From positions 203,546,001 through 203,610,000 of the forward strand of contig OX597815.1 of assembly GCA_951406725.2 (NCBI GenBank): a stretch of 64,000 nt of DNA, read 5' to 3'. The DNA is from Octopus vulgaris. Lineage: Eukaryota. Position 1 is the stretch's first letter. Each line of letters starts with the position of its first letter. The translations under genes were made by a program, and so were the position numbers. Under the pieces are notes generated by a model. The model saw only the letters and a list, made by a program, of their open reading frames with translations, was not told the origin of the DNA and made no database searches. Below are positions 1 to 14,312 of this stretch, piece after piece.

Positions 1-599
1 AACATAACTTATATTGCTTATATAAGTTTTGGTCATTATTGGCCCAGGCCATGTCTACCTTAAATAGCATAAACAATATCGTATTTGTTTCAGTCATGTT
101 TTCGGACATCCTAGTAGAGGCGATTGGAGGAATTTGCTCAAGTACGATTTGAATGTTATGGAGTCTTCTTCTTTGATTTCTCTCGGATTAATGTTAGATA
201 AGGCAAGATCAGTTGAGGCTAAAAAGCTGTGTTGCAATGTTGTTATAAGATGTCAGCTCGATTTTTGTCACGGATTTATGGCTTTGGGGTGAAACTTTGG
301 GTGATTTTTGAAGACTTGATACCAGGTTCATTTGGACTGTTTAGATGGAACATTTTCTACATTGTGCAAGTAATGTAGTGTTCACAGTGGTGTTGGAAGG
401 AAAAAAAGTTTGAGCTTTTTGAGGTGATCCCAATAATTATGGCCTGTCATGCCACTTATTATTTTTAACTAAATTCTGGTGTGCTTTACTTCTGACATTG
501 TTTTGTATTGTATTCAGAGACCACAGTGGGCTGCAATATTCTATGTGAGTTCTGGCAAATGTTGCAAAAAGTATGTAATGACCGAATAGTACGATTGTG

Positions 600-960
600 A
601 GCGAATACAAGCTATCGAAATGGAGTTCCTCGAAGGATCACTTGAATAACGTTACTCGACAGGATGCGTAGTTCGAAGTTCATGGAACATGTCCAGATCG
701 AACAGTTATTTCTGCGTATAGAGAATCCACAGTTCCAGTACTACAGACATGTGGTTAAAATGTCGCAGGAAAAGGATCGCAATACAGATCCTTCAAGCCC
801 AACCAACCTGCAGAAGACCTAGTAGACCAAAAACGAGATGGTTGGATAATATTCATAGTCTCAGTTGGTCATACTTGGGAATCCAGCAGGAAAGTGTAAT
901 GACGGTTGGTTCTGATAGGACCCTCTCTCAGGAATAGTGGGTGACAAAAATGCACAGACG
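600..960 (+). mobile_element. RTE-clade LINE 3' fragment (decayed)
   Basis: Broken frames give EMEFL..TLLDRMRSS..HVVKMSQERIAIQIL..RRPSRPKTRWLDNI..DR, typical of the RTE ORF C-terminus. Confidence 0.7.
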
Positions 961-1303
961 AAGGAATGGAAGAGTTTTTAAAATTCAAAGCCTATTTTAT
1001 AGATTAATATAATAATGTGATACACCCATTCCTTTAAATGTTTGTTTAGTGTTATTTGATGGCCTTCTTTGATACTAGTTTTGAAATTTCGTGAAACATG
1101 AGTTATTTTTGTCTAATCATAGTCATCCCATCTGTATATATATTCATATATTTAACATATATTAATTTTTGTGTATTTTTGAAGGCGTAACGTGTTGGGT
1201 GATAGCTATGTTACCTATGTGCTGTGAGTTGTGTTATTGACGACATGTTTTGTAATTTGTGTATAGAATGTAATTTGGAAATGTTATTACTGAACACCAT
1301 AAA

Positions 1304-1517
1304 GGCGGCGAGCTGGCAGAATCGTTAGCTGAACGAAATGCTTAGCGGTATTTCGTCAGTCGCTAAGTTTTGAGTTCAAATTCCGTTGAGGTCGACTTTG
1401 CCTTTCATCCTTTCGGAGTCGATAAATTAAGTACCAGTGAAACACTGGGGTTGATGTAATCAACTAGTCCCCTCCCCACAAATGTCAGGCCTTATGCCTA
1501 TTGCAGAAAGGATTATT
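1304..1517 (+). mobile_element. tRNA-derived SINE, family A
   Basis: ggcggcgagctggcagaa..gagttcaaattcc (A/B-box-like) and core gcctttcatcctttcgg.gtcgataaa..gtaccag; more than 10 copies in the window. Confidence 0.85.
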
Positions 1518-2664
1518 GAATAGCATGTGTATGGTGTAAAATGTGGGCTGCACTTAGGCGAGTTTTGAATTGGAATACTTTTTTGTTTTGGATCATGTTT
1601 TACATTACCATAAATAACGTTCTAATTATTGTTGATGTTGTTTTTACTTTCATAGCTCACATCCTGCTTGTTTCTGTTTCATGATTTTGTTCTCGATTTC
1701 TCACCAGGTGATTAAGTCATCGTTCGGACGAATGAGTGGGATCGACAAATGTATTGTTCTAGAAATACCATGTCTCCATCCTCTTGATGAACACAGCGCA
1801 CTTTCCGGCATGCAATTAGTCGAATAGGATACAATGTGATTGTCTATACATCTTTTATTCTCTACACTGTCAAGTATTTTTGCGTATGCTTAGTGTTTAG
1901 AGTGGGCACAAGAGCACAAATGACCAAAGTAGACTCTGTCAGAGGGCGACGCTAGCTGGTCATCTGTAGAAAGAACTACTGTCGTGCTCTAATCAAATGC
2001 ATCTTATCGTCGGTGCTGCACAACCCAGCAGAGTGTTTTGAGCTCCTATTTCTACGTATATGTGGGTGTTTTATGTTGTTTTATTAAACGTAATTTGTTT
2101 GGTAAACATGTAACTGGATCTCTCCGCCGTAGAATATTTTCTCACATACAACGCACAACAAAAATTCATTCTAAAATCTACGAGACAATTTACTCACTTT
2201 TGTGAGTATTGTACGTTACACATTAGTGCTCTCTCATTTTTACTTAACTTCGGTTGGATTTATGTTATGCTTGATATCAGCAAACTTTCGATGGAAAGTC
2301 TTTAGAAATTCTCATTTCTTGAATTGAAAGAATCCTGTCAGACAACTTCATCAGAGAAGCCCTACATGAATCACATTCGATTTAGCTGTCATTTCAACGG
2401 ACTCGTATTCAGATAGTACCTCCCTTTTCTTCTTCGTAATAACTACATTACAATAGCTAGGCGCAGTATCTCATACCAAAATGTAGACGAAGAAGCCTTT
2501 ATGCAGTCGCTTGATTTGCTAAATATAGCTGCCTGCAAAAATGTTTCTTAAATTGCACCTTAGATAATATAACATTAGACACGTTAGATAATATAACATT
2601 AGACATTCATAAAAATAGACGGGATGATCATGATCATATTGCCTTTGATCATAAGTCTAATTAG

Positions 2665-2667
<3 letters not shown>

Positions 2668-2741
<74 letters not shown>

Positions 2742-2764
2742 GAAGAAGAAGAAGAAGAAGAAGA
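2668..2764. repeat. (TAA)n + (GAA)n microsatellite attached to a family A SINE tail
   Basis: Direct reading; the family A tail remnant at 2765-2805 (-) runs into it. Confidence 0.95.
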
Positions 2765-2801
2765 ATGATAATCTTTTCTATTATAGGCACAAAGCTTGGA
2801 A

Positions 2802-2987
2802 TTTGACTGCGGCCATGCTGGAGCACCGCCTTTAATCAAGCAAATCGACCCCAGGACTCTTTGTAAGCTTAGTACTTATTCTATCGATCTGTCTTGCCGA
2901 ACCGCTAAATGACGGGGACGTAAACACACCAGCATCGGTTGCTAAGTGATGTTGGGGGGACAAACACAGGCACAGAAACATATACAT

Positions 2988-3049
<62 letters not shown>

Positions 3050-3204
3050 GACGGACTTCTTTCAGTTTCCGTCTACCAAATCCACACACAAGGCTTTGGT
3101 CGGCCCGAGGCTATAGTAGAAGACACTTGCCGAAAGTGCCACGCAGTGAGACTGAACCGGGAACCATGTGGTTGGTAAGCAAGCTACTTACCACAAAGCC
3201 ACTC
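2802..3204 (-). mobile_element. tRNA-derived SINE, family B (internal TA/CA microsatellite)
   Basis: gagtggct.tgtggtaagtagcttgc..ggttcagtc.cactgcgtggcac..aaggcggtgctccagcatggccgcagtcaaa; matches three other copies. Confidence 0.9.
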
Positions 3205-3761
3205 ATATATATGCATATTGCTCACTCTTCTCGGTCTCTCGCTTACGCATCCATAATAATAGTGAATACGAAAGAAACATCAACAAATGTCAATGAGCGT
3301 TGTCAAAAAGTAAATACTGTAAAAACGAAACCATAGCACAACCAACCAAAGCAATGATGGACTAGAAGAGGTTGAATTGCTTCTTTTCAAGGCAGCGCTG
3401 TCAACGGCCACTGGTAGTAGTAAACACATTTGACCCCTGCTGAACCGAAAGGGTGCGAAGATCCTTTTGTCTCTATGGATGACCTCTCCACCATTTGCCG
3501 AATTTATTTATAGACCTGTAGAATATAATCTATTCACCAATCTGCTGTCCAACAAGTGGTGGTGATGGTGACAATGAAAAAATAAAAATAAAAATAATAT
3601 ATTACAGCTGCTGATACTAAATACTACTAATACTACAATAATACTACAACTACTACTATTATGATAGCACAGAAATCTGAGGCCCAATTACCACCCTTAC
3701 CACTACTCCACCCCTACCGCTCTTGCTATTGCTGCAACAACTGCTGCTACTACACATAAAA

Positions 3762-4964
3762 ACAAATCAAAGGTTTTGGAGTGACATCTGGAGCAAAGAC
3801 AAGGAGCACAAGAAGGATGCTGAATGGTTGCAAGGACTGAAACAAACAGTAGTCTGTCCAAAACCGGCAGAACTAGTTATTTCCGTTGGGGAAGTGAAGG
3901 AAATCAGCAAATAAAATGAGCAGCTGGAAGGCCCCGGGACCAGATGGAGTTCAAGGCTACTGGGTCAAAAAATTTGGTGAATGCCATGCACGAATAGCTG
4001 CGCAACTCAACACCTTGTTAAATGTCGACCAAGTAACACCAGAGCGGTTGACATTAGGTAGGACTGTGATGTGCCCGAAAAACATCGAAAAACGCAATAC
4101 GGTAGACAATTACAGGCCGATATCCTGTTTGCCACTTATGTGGAAGTTATTGACTGGAATACTCACAGAATCAATGTATTAACAACTGGAAAAAATGGAG
4201 TCCTGCCTCATGAGCAGAAGGGTTACAAGCGTAAGTGCAGAGGTACCAAGGATCAACTCTTGATAGATAAAACTGCACTCAGAGACTGCAAGAGGAGGAA
4301 AAGTAACTTAGCTATGTCATGGATCGACTATCATAAGGCGTACGATATGATCCTACATTCTTGGATAATAGAGTGTATGAACCTATTTGGTATTGCATCG
4401 AATGTTGAGCGATTGCTTGAAAAAAGTATGGCGAATTGGAGGACGGACCTGACAGCGTACGGAAGACGTTTAGGGACAGTAGAAATTAGGAGGGGCATCT
4501 TCCAAGGGGACTGCCAGTCCCCACTGATCTTTGTACTGTGCTTGACACCACTAACACTCATTCTGAGGCAAGCAAAAGCTGGGTATGTATTCAAAAGCCG
4601 CCAACATAAAGTCAACCATTTGTTATTCATAGATGACCTCAAACTTTATGGCAAAGATGAAACCCAAGTCAGTTCCCTCATTGATATGGTGTATACCTTC
4701 AGTGCTGATATCAGAATGGAGTTCGGACTGAGAAAGTGTGGTGTGTTAGTATTGAAGAGAGTCAAAATCAAATGTATGGACGGGCTAACGATAGAAGAGA
4801 CGGGCTATAAGTACTTGGGGATTTTGGAAATGGATAAATTGATGGAGAAAGAAATGACAGACAAATTTAAGGTGGAGTACTTGCGCAGACTGAGACTGAT
4901 CCTAAGTCGAAATTAAAGGACGGAATAAGACCGAAGCTGTCAACACCTGGGCAGTTTCACTCCT
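3762..4964 (+). mobile_element. R4/Dong-clade non-LTR retrotransposon, RT fragment (copy 1, pseudogenised)
   Basis: [66 protein letters not shown]; contains stops and frameshifts. Confidence 0.9.
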
Positions 4965-7834
4965 TTTTCTTAGTAAGAAAAAGATTACCAGCATTAAAAG
5001 ACACCAACAGAAGGAAGCTTCCAGAAATGACTACGAAAATAGATTTTGTTATCAGTAGGATAGATACTAGAAATATAAGAAGCACTAACTTATTGAACTA
5101 TGCAGGTGGGGTAGTAGTCACAAGAAGATTAGATATCTCACAGGGAAAGATTTTTAAAAAGCAAATATGGAAAAGGAGACTGCAAAATAAAATGAAAACT
5201 TTAAGATAAGATCTGAGCAAAATAGAAGCCTGGAAACTGAACAAGTTAGGAAACACAAGATTTATATCATCTCTTGAGAAAAGATACTTTGTCAAAGAGA
5301 AAGGATCTGGGATAGTAATAGAAGAGTTGAAACAGCGTATCATAGAAGTAGCAGACAAGCTCCCCAGATATCAGAAAAGAATAGATAGGTATCGACAGAA
5401 TAGATTATTTGAGACTGACCAGAGATTTTATAACCAAATAAATAGTGGAGAACGAAGTACTGAAGATGAGAAATCTAATGCAGTAAAAGCTAGAAAGTTC
5501 TGGAGTAATATATGGGAAAAGCCAGCCAATCTCATAATGGAGATGCAGTATTGTTAAAGAAAGTGAGGGAAGATGTATTGAGTGAGAAGCAGCCAGATCT
5601 AAGACTAACTATAGCATTAATGAATAAAGTGTTAGGAAAATGTCGAATTGGAAGGGCCTAGACCAGATTTTGCTCAAGGGTACTAGCTAAAGAAATTGAG
5701 TATCTTACGTGAGAGGCTGGGGAAACAACTTCAGGATTGCCTTAATGGAGGAATAATACCAGATTGGGTGAATAGAGGGAAGACAATACTCATTATGAAA
5801 GATAAGAGCAAAGGTAATACAGATAGTAACTATAAACAAATCGGTTGCTTACCATTAGTGTGAAAGCTGTTAACAGGTATGCTTTCAGAAAGCATTTACG
5901 AGTATCTTGACAACCAGAATTTACTGCCAGAAGAACAGAAAAGTTGCAGGAAGAAAGCTAGAGGAACGCATGATCTATTATACAGACAAAGCAGTTCTAA
6001 ATGAAGTAAAAGCTAGAAAGAAAAATTTAACAATTGCATGGATAGACTATAAGAAAGTCTATGACATAATCCCACACTCATGGATAAGTGAATGTTTGAG
6101 TATATTCAGTATAGCAGACACAGTAAGAAAATTAATTAGCTTTAGCATGAAGAAATGGAAAGTAGATTTCCACTCAGGCGACACGCTTTTAGGGAAAGTT
6201 AATATCAAAAGAGGAATTTTCCTGGGGCTCGTTGTCTCCTTTAATATTTGTCTTATGTTTGATCCCTCTCTGTTTAGTATTAATAAGGCAAAAACAGGGT
6301 ATCAGTCCAGAAATATTAACGGAAAAATTAACCATTTGCTCCACATGGATGATCTGAAGCTTTTTAGTAAGAATGAAAAAGAAATAGATTCCTTAATACA
6401 GACTGTAAGACTCTTCAGCAAAGGTATAGGCATGGAATTTGGCATAGATAGGTATGCAATATGAGTCATGAGAAAGGGACAGGTAGTCAACAGCGAAGGT
6501 ATCCAATTACCAGATGACCATACATTAAAATCATTGGAAGCAGGAGAGAGTTATAAGTATTTAGAAATATTAGAATGTGACAGAGTACTAACTATAGAAA
6601 TGAAAAAGCAAATTGAGGAGTACATCAGAAGAATGAGGAAGCTAATGAAGTCAAAGCTAAATGGTTCGAACCTAGTGAAGGCTGTAAATACTTGGGCAGT
6701 ATCATTACTTAGATACTCAGCAGCTATTGTGGATTGGACAAAAACAGAATTAGCAGAACTAGAGAGAAGAACTAGGAAGGAATTCAATGTGAATGGAGGA
6801 CTCCACCCAAGGGTGGGGTGACACGATTATATTTACGGAGGAAGAAGGCGGAAGAGGGTTAATATCAGTAGAAGACTGCGTGTAGTTAGCTAGGATGTAT
6901 ATATATATATATGTATAAATAGACACCTATGTTGGTAATAGTGAAGAAAAAGCTGCAAGAGTAACAACAAGAAATATGGAAACAAAAAACAGAAACGAAG
7001 TTAAAACCAGGTAAAAAAGAACAGAAATTATCTGACTGGCAGGAGAAGACGTTTCATGGCAGATTTCCAAAGATAGTTGCAGTAAATAGTAGTAGTGAGA
7101 CATGACTATGTCAGCAGGAAGGAAGGCTGAAAAGGGAGACAAAAAGTTTGTTAGTAACTGCACAAGATCACGCATTAAGGACTAATTGGATAAAGGCCAA
7201 AACAGACGAAAACCAAGTAGATTCCAATGTAGCTTATGCAAATCAAAAGAGGAAAGCGTTACTCATATAGTAAGTGAATGTAGTATGCTGGCACAGAAAG
7301 AATTCAAGAAAGATATGACAGTCTAGGGAGAGTAATCCACTGAGAGTTATATAGCTAGGATTCGAACATACTAATAAATGGTATGGACATGAATCTAGTA
7401 AAGTTCTAGAAAGTAAGAAATGCAAGATGTTGTGGGACTTTAACATTCAAACTGACAGAGTAATGGAAGTTAGAAGGCCTGATTTACAAGGAGTAGATAA
7501 AGAGAACAAAAAGTGCCAGATAATTGGTCTTACTGTCCCTAATGATGAAAAGATGAATATGAGAGATATAGGAAAATAGCAAAGTACCAGGACCTCGCCA
7601 TTGACTTACAGAGACCAAGGAAAGTGCGGTAAAATGTATCCCAGTAGTTATATATGTGCATTGGGAAGTAACCCCAAGGATCTGAACAGTTGGATAGAGG
7701 AAATAGGAATAAAACCAGTTTAGTACAGTTCCAGGAAACAGCGTTATTAGGAGGATTCTTGGCATCTAAGGTTACTTGTTGTATACCAATGTTAGTATTT
7801 TTTTCAGCTGTCTAATCTGTTATGTATTTATGAA
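4965..7834 (+). mobile_element. R4/Dong-clade non-LTR retrotransposon (copy 2): RT, CCHC and restriction-like endonuclease, followed by a (TAA)n tail
   Basis: WKRRLQNK, WIDYKKVYD, HLLHMDDLKLF, NTWAVSLLRY, CxxC..HIVSEC, LWDFNIQTD..RRPDL; many frameshifts; (AAT)n follows at 7835-7892. Confidence 0.9.
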
Positions 7835-7892
<58 letters not shown>

Positions 7893-8313
7893 GTGCGATC
7901 ATGAGCTAGAGAATAGGAAGCTAGGCATAGTCTTAATTGAGAAAGAAAGCAAACGATGCTGGATCATAGATATAGCATGCTCAGCTGACAACAAGGTATG
8001 CGATAAGGAAAAAGAAAAGTCGATATATATAACAGGTTAGCTTGGGAACATAAGCAGTTGTGATCGATGAGAAAAGGTGGTAGTAGTACCAGTAATGGTC
8101 GGAGTCCTGGGAACAGTGAGTAAAAATATTAAGAAGTACATGGATCAAATAGGGGCTGCAATAAGAGTGGAGCACTTGTAGAAAACAGCTCTGCTTGGAA
8201 CCGCTTGAATACTCCGGAAGGTGCTCGAAATATAAGGGGCGTTACCTTAGTTCACTGGTAGTGAACAGCTCACACCGTATTACATTGCCAGCCTTAGAAG
8301 CTGTGCAAAGGCA
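7893..8313 (+). mobile_element. R4/Dong-clade 3' end fragment
   Basis: VVVVPVMVGVLGTVSKN..KTALLGTA.ILRKVL, the C-terminus of the endonuclease domain, then a short UTR and (TAA/TGA)n. Confidence 0.8.
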
Positions 8314-8340
8314 ATAATAATAATGATAATAATAATAATA

Positions 8341-8371
<31 letters not shown>

Positions 8372-8372
<1 letters not shown>

Positions 8373-8556
8373 CCTTTCTTACAAGATCTGAATTATTTGT
8401 GTGTGGGGGGATAGTCGAATAAACATCGACCCTAGTGTTTAACTGGTACTTGTTTATCGACATCGAATGGATGAAAGGCAAACTCGACTTCAGAAGTTTT
8501 TGAACTAAAAAAATATAAAAACTGGAAGAAAATGCCGTTAAGCGTTTTGTCCGACG
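8372..8556 (-). mobile_element. SINE family A (decayed)
   Basis: Reverse complement of the family A core and tail. Confidence 0.7.
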
Positions 8557-8896
8557 TAATGACGCGAATTGAATAAAAAAAAACTACCAGTAAATTAGAT
8601 GCAGCAATGAAATTATAAATTAGACTAAAACCTGTAAATCAAATACTTATTAACGCTAGAAATATTTAAAAATAAATTGAATTAAGGAGGTTTGATAGGC
8701 AAACTAAGAGACTGCAAGTAGCACACCTAACCTCTGCCTCCAACATTCATATAGATAGTGTGTCTAATCAACAGATGAGTAGGACGAGTGAGGAAGAAAA
8801 AGAAAAAAAGAAATATTACAAAGTAACAACTGTGGGGCTAAAAAAAATAATTAGATGGAAGCAAAGGGTAACACGTTAGTGTAATAAGGAAATATG

Positions 8897-8957
<61 letters not shown>

Positions 8958-8959
<2 letters not shown>

Positions 8960-9153
8960 CGGGAAGGTTTACGAAAATAAACAAAAGACGAAGGCAGGTG
9001 GAGTACAAACGAACAAATGTATTAGTATGGCGCCCAAGAATAGAAATAGAACAAGTCTTTTACGTTTCGAGCCTACGCTCTTCGACAGAAAGATACAAGG
9101 AAAAAAACAAGGAGAGAAAAAAATGCGTGTAAGAGCTAACGATCTATCATGTA

Positions 9154-9155
<2 letters not shown>
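8958..9155 (-). mobile_element. Penelope-like terminal-repeat fragment inserted in (TA)n
   Basis: ~200-bp island flanked on both sides by TA runs and containing a minimal hammerhead fold. Confidence 0.55.
9056..9093 (-). ncRNA. Minimal type I hammerhead-like motif, A6U core variant
   Basis: TCTTT-CTGTCGA-A-GAGC(gtag)GCTC-GAAACGTA-AAAGA: stems I and II perfect, palindromic ACGT stem III, GUA cleavage triplet. Confidence 0.6.
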
Positions 9156-9206
<51 letters not shown>

Positions 9207-11023
9207 CCATATAATAAAACTTAATGAGATCTGTCGGTCACGCATGGGGGAAAGAAAAATAAAACAAAAACGGAGTGGAAGTGACTGACAGTCACAGGCA
9301 GTAAAGCATGCGAACAGCCTTCAAAGATTTTTGCTCTGAAAGACGCTGGCATTTTACTCAAAATTAAACTGCGGAGTTTTTATCGTAAATTGAATTTACT
9401 TCATCTGTTCCACACACACACACTCAAATATCTATACGAAATTAAATATCAAACACTTGTTTTCAAAATATTATTGTTTCTTTCGTTTTGCTTCATTTTC
9501 CCATTATTGTCCTTTCTGATACAAGCTTTTGGCTTTTATTAAAACTAAAATTTTTACTGCAAGTTATTACTTCCATTTGTTATTACTTATCACTTCTAAT
9601 AAACATAAAAAATAACTCAAAATATTCTTTGCACTTAAAAAATTCATTTTTTTAATTATCAATTCATAATTATATATCAATTATAAAAATTTATAATTAT
9701 AATAATTTATAATTATTAATTTATAATTAGACATGTGAAAATAGGTTATAAAAATAATAGTAGTACACAACTAGCTAGTACAATACATAGAAAAATACAA
9801 AAATTAGATATATATTACCGTAAAGTCTACCTATAACAACAATATCACAGTTAAATTTGTTTGGGTTATTGCTTAAGTTATTGCCTAGTCTTCACACTTT
9901 AAGTCTTGACCCAATGCCTATTTTTTACATAATGAATTTGCCTACCATGTATACTATTCTACTTTGCATAAAACTTTAGCTATACTGGAACTTCTGGCTC
10001 TCACTTTTTAAGTATTTTAGTGTGTCAATATTTTAACATAATGATCGTACCTTTTTTTAGTTATAATGTTACTTTGTAAATTAAAATAAAATAATTTTTA
10101 ATATTCAAATTTTATTCTTAGCTGCAATATTTTAAGTAAAAATTTTCTTGGTCTGTACTTTATCAGAGGTAATAAGCTATCCTGAACTTTTCCAGGTGTA
10201 ATAAATTGTCCTGTAATTTTCCACGTTTATAATCTCAAGAATATTATTTTTCTTGCTCGCATTTTTCCACGTGATCCATGTTTTTTCCAGGCTATGTTAT
10301 TATGCTAATGAAAACTGTGCTAAATGTGTTAATTAGCGGTGTCGTTGATAATTTTTTCTTTACCTCAATGACGCCAGTGACACATTGAAAGTCCCCTTAT
10401 AGAACTATATTCATAAAAAAAGTATAGAATTATATTATCCCCCTCAAATTTGAGGTAGAAGCACTCATAACGTAATTCATTTAAAACTTCATTGCATGAG
10501 ACTGATACCATGAAATTCCTCAAATTGAGCTCTATCATTAATGCTTAATTAAAATATAGTTTGTTTTAAAAATAAAAATAGTTAATTATACTTAAATCCA
10601 ATTTTGGCCTTAAATTTTGTTCATGATATTTTACCTCACAACATTTTTGATACAAATTTTTGTTGCATGGGAACAAAACTATGAAATCCTTCGTGGTTTC
10701 TTTTATCATTGAAGCTAAGATAAATATATTTTGCTTTTAAAATAAAAAAAAACGTTATTTAGGTCTAAACTTGATTGGTGGCGTTACCTATTCTCCTATA
10801 AGGTTGCTACAAATTTTGATGTAAGCTTTTTTCTACTGGATCAAATCTCAATTTTTTTATGCTAAAATGTAGCTAGGGACCAGTTCTCTTCAAAAATGTT
10901 AACAGTTTGGTTAAGAATCGAATTAACAACAAACTTTGAAACAAGGTGCGCGTGCGTGCTACGGTAGTAGTTGAATGACATACATATTTATACATACATA
11001 TATATGTTTATGACACCAAAAAG

Positions 11024-11055
<32 letters not shown>

Positions 11056-11196
11056 CATATATACATACATACATATACTCACACACATATACGTTTATAT
11101 AAACATATACATATATATATAGATTCATACATGCATACATATATACATGCACATATATAGACATATCTCCCTTTCCCCTTCTCTCTCTTTTCTCTC

Positions 11197-11242
<46 letters not shown>

Positions 11243-11247
11243 GTGTG

Positions 11248-11295
<48 letters not shown>

Positions 11296-11296
<1 letters not shown>

Positions 11297-11915
11297 CCTT
11301 ATTTCCCACCACCGGCCGAGTATACGTGTGGAGACGGCCAAGAGAAGCGTTTGACCCAGACCTCCTTCTTCCAACTGTTAAACATGGAGGAGGATCTCTG
11401 ATGATCTGGGGTGGGGGTGGGGGTGGGGGCTATATCTTGGAAATCCGTCGGTCCACTGGTTACTCTTCATGGCAGAATTAAACTTTTTAAGAATTTTATC
11501 TGATCAAACTCATCCTATGGTTGCTGAACTGTTTCCGGAGGGAAACGCAATCTTTCAGGATAATGCACCAATTCACACCGCTAAAGTTGTTACTGAATGT
11601 CACGAGGAACATTCTAGTGAAGTTGCACATCTTATCTGGCCATCACACTCCCAAGATCTCAATATTATTGAACATTTATGGTGCATTATAGAAAAACAAG
11701 TAAGGAGTCAATATCCTCCACCACCATCACTACAAGAACTGGAGACTGCTTTAGCTGAAGAATGGACAAAAATTCCTTTGGAAACAATTCAAATTTTCTC
11801 CGAGTCCATACCTCGTAGAATTCAAGCTGTAATTACTGCCAAAGGCGGTCCTGCCACATATTAAAATAAATTTGTTTGAAATTTTAAGGCGTTTCCATTA
11901 TTTTGCCCAATCCCA

Positions 11916-11918
<3 letters not shown>
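11296..11918 (+). mobile_element. Tc1-family transposon, 5'-truncated transposase remnant with right end, in (TA)n
   Basis: [53 protein letters not shown]; flanked by TA runs. Confidence 0.9.
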
Positions 11919-11963
<45 letters not shown>

Positions 11964-11977
11964 TTACACATATATAT

Positions 11978-13366
<1,389 letters not shown>

Positions 13367-13404
13367 ATATGCACATATGCGTGTATATATGCATATGTTT
13401 TATT

Positions 13405-13475
<71 letters not shown>

Positions 13476-13801
13476 CTAGAGTGTTGTTTCTCACATAATG
13501 GGTAACGTTGGAAGAATACTTTTGTCGTTATGGCTAAAATCGAGAAATATGGCAAGCATAAAATAATTATAATATATAATTATCATATTAGCTGGTGCAT
13601 ATACAAATTGATGAAATGGATACTAATATTCAAAGAAAAAATATCTATGAACTTAAAATGAAATATGATAAATTTTCCATTTGCATAACTCCTACCATAA
13701 TTACTCTGTCATTCACCTCCCGTCTTCCTCCTTTCTGTGATTCGTTGCCTGTCACTATGCCCAGTACTAAACCCATCCTACATTTCTCATGTGCAATCTC
13801 T

Positions 13802-13856
<55 letters not shown>

Positions 13857-14312
13857 CCTCTTTCTCCGTATAACATGTAAATTGTACCAATCAATCAGTC
13901 ATTATGCATGTATGTATGTGTGTATGTATGTATGATTGACTGAAATAAGTAAAACCTAAAAGATACACACACACACACACACAATAGTAGGCTGGAACCG
14001 GAGTATGTGATTCAACCATCACTATCTGCTAATTTCCTTGTGTGGGGATCTACTGCACTTCTACCATGAGCATGTTCCAAAGAAAGCACATGTCAACAAT
14101 CTGGGCGCAATTATCTGAGAACTCTCTGTTAAGATTGCCAAAGAGATCAAAAGAAACTGTCACAATATAATTATGAGTACAGTGAAAATCACTGCATCCT
14201 GATACATTCTTGATATATATTCTTACATAATTAGTACCCTATACTCGAATCAAAAGCATCTTCCAGTAGGGCCATGCCAATCTAATTTCCTCCATGAAAA
14301 AGCACAATCACT

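Noticed and set aside
1-480. Strand-skewed segment that might be a Penelope-like ORF remnant
   Set aside because: No motif could be read with confidence.
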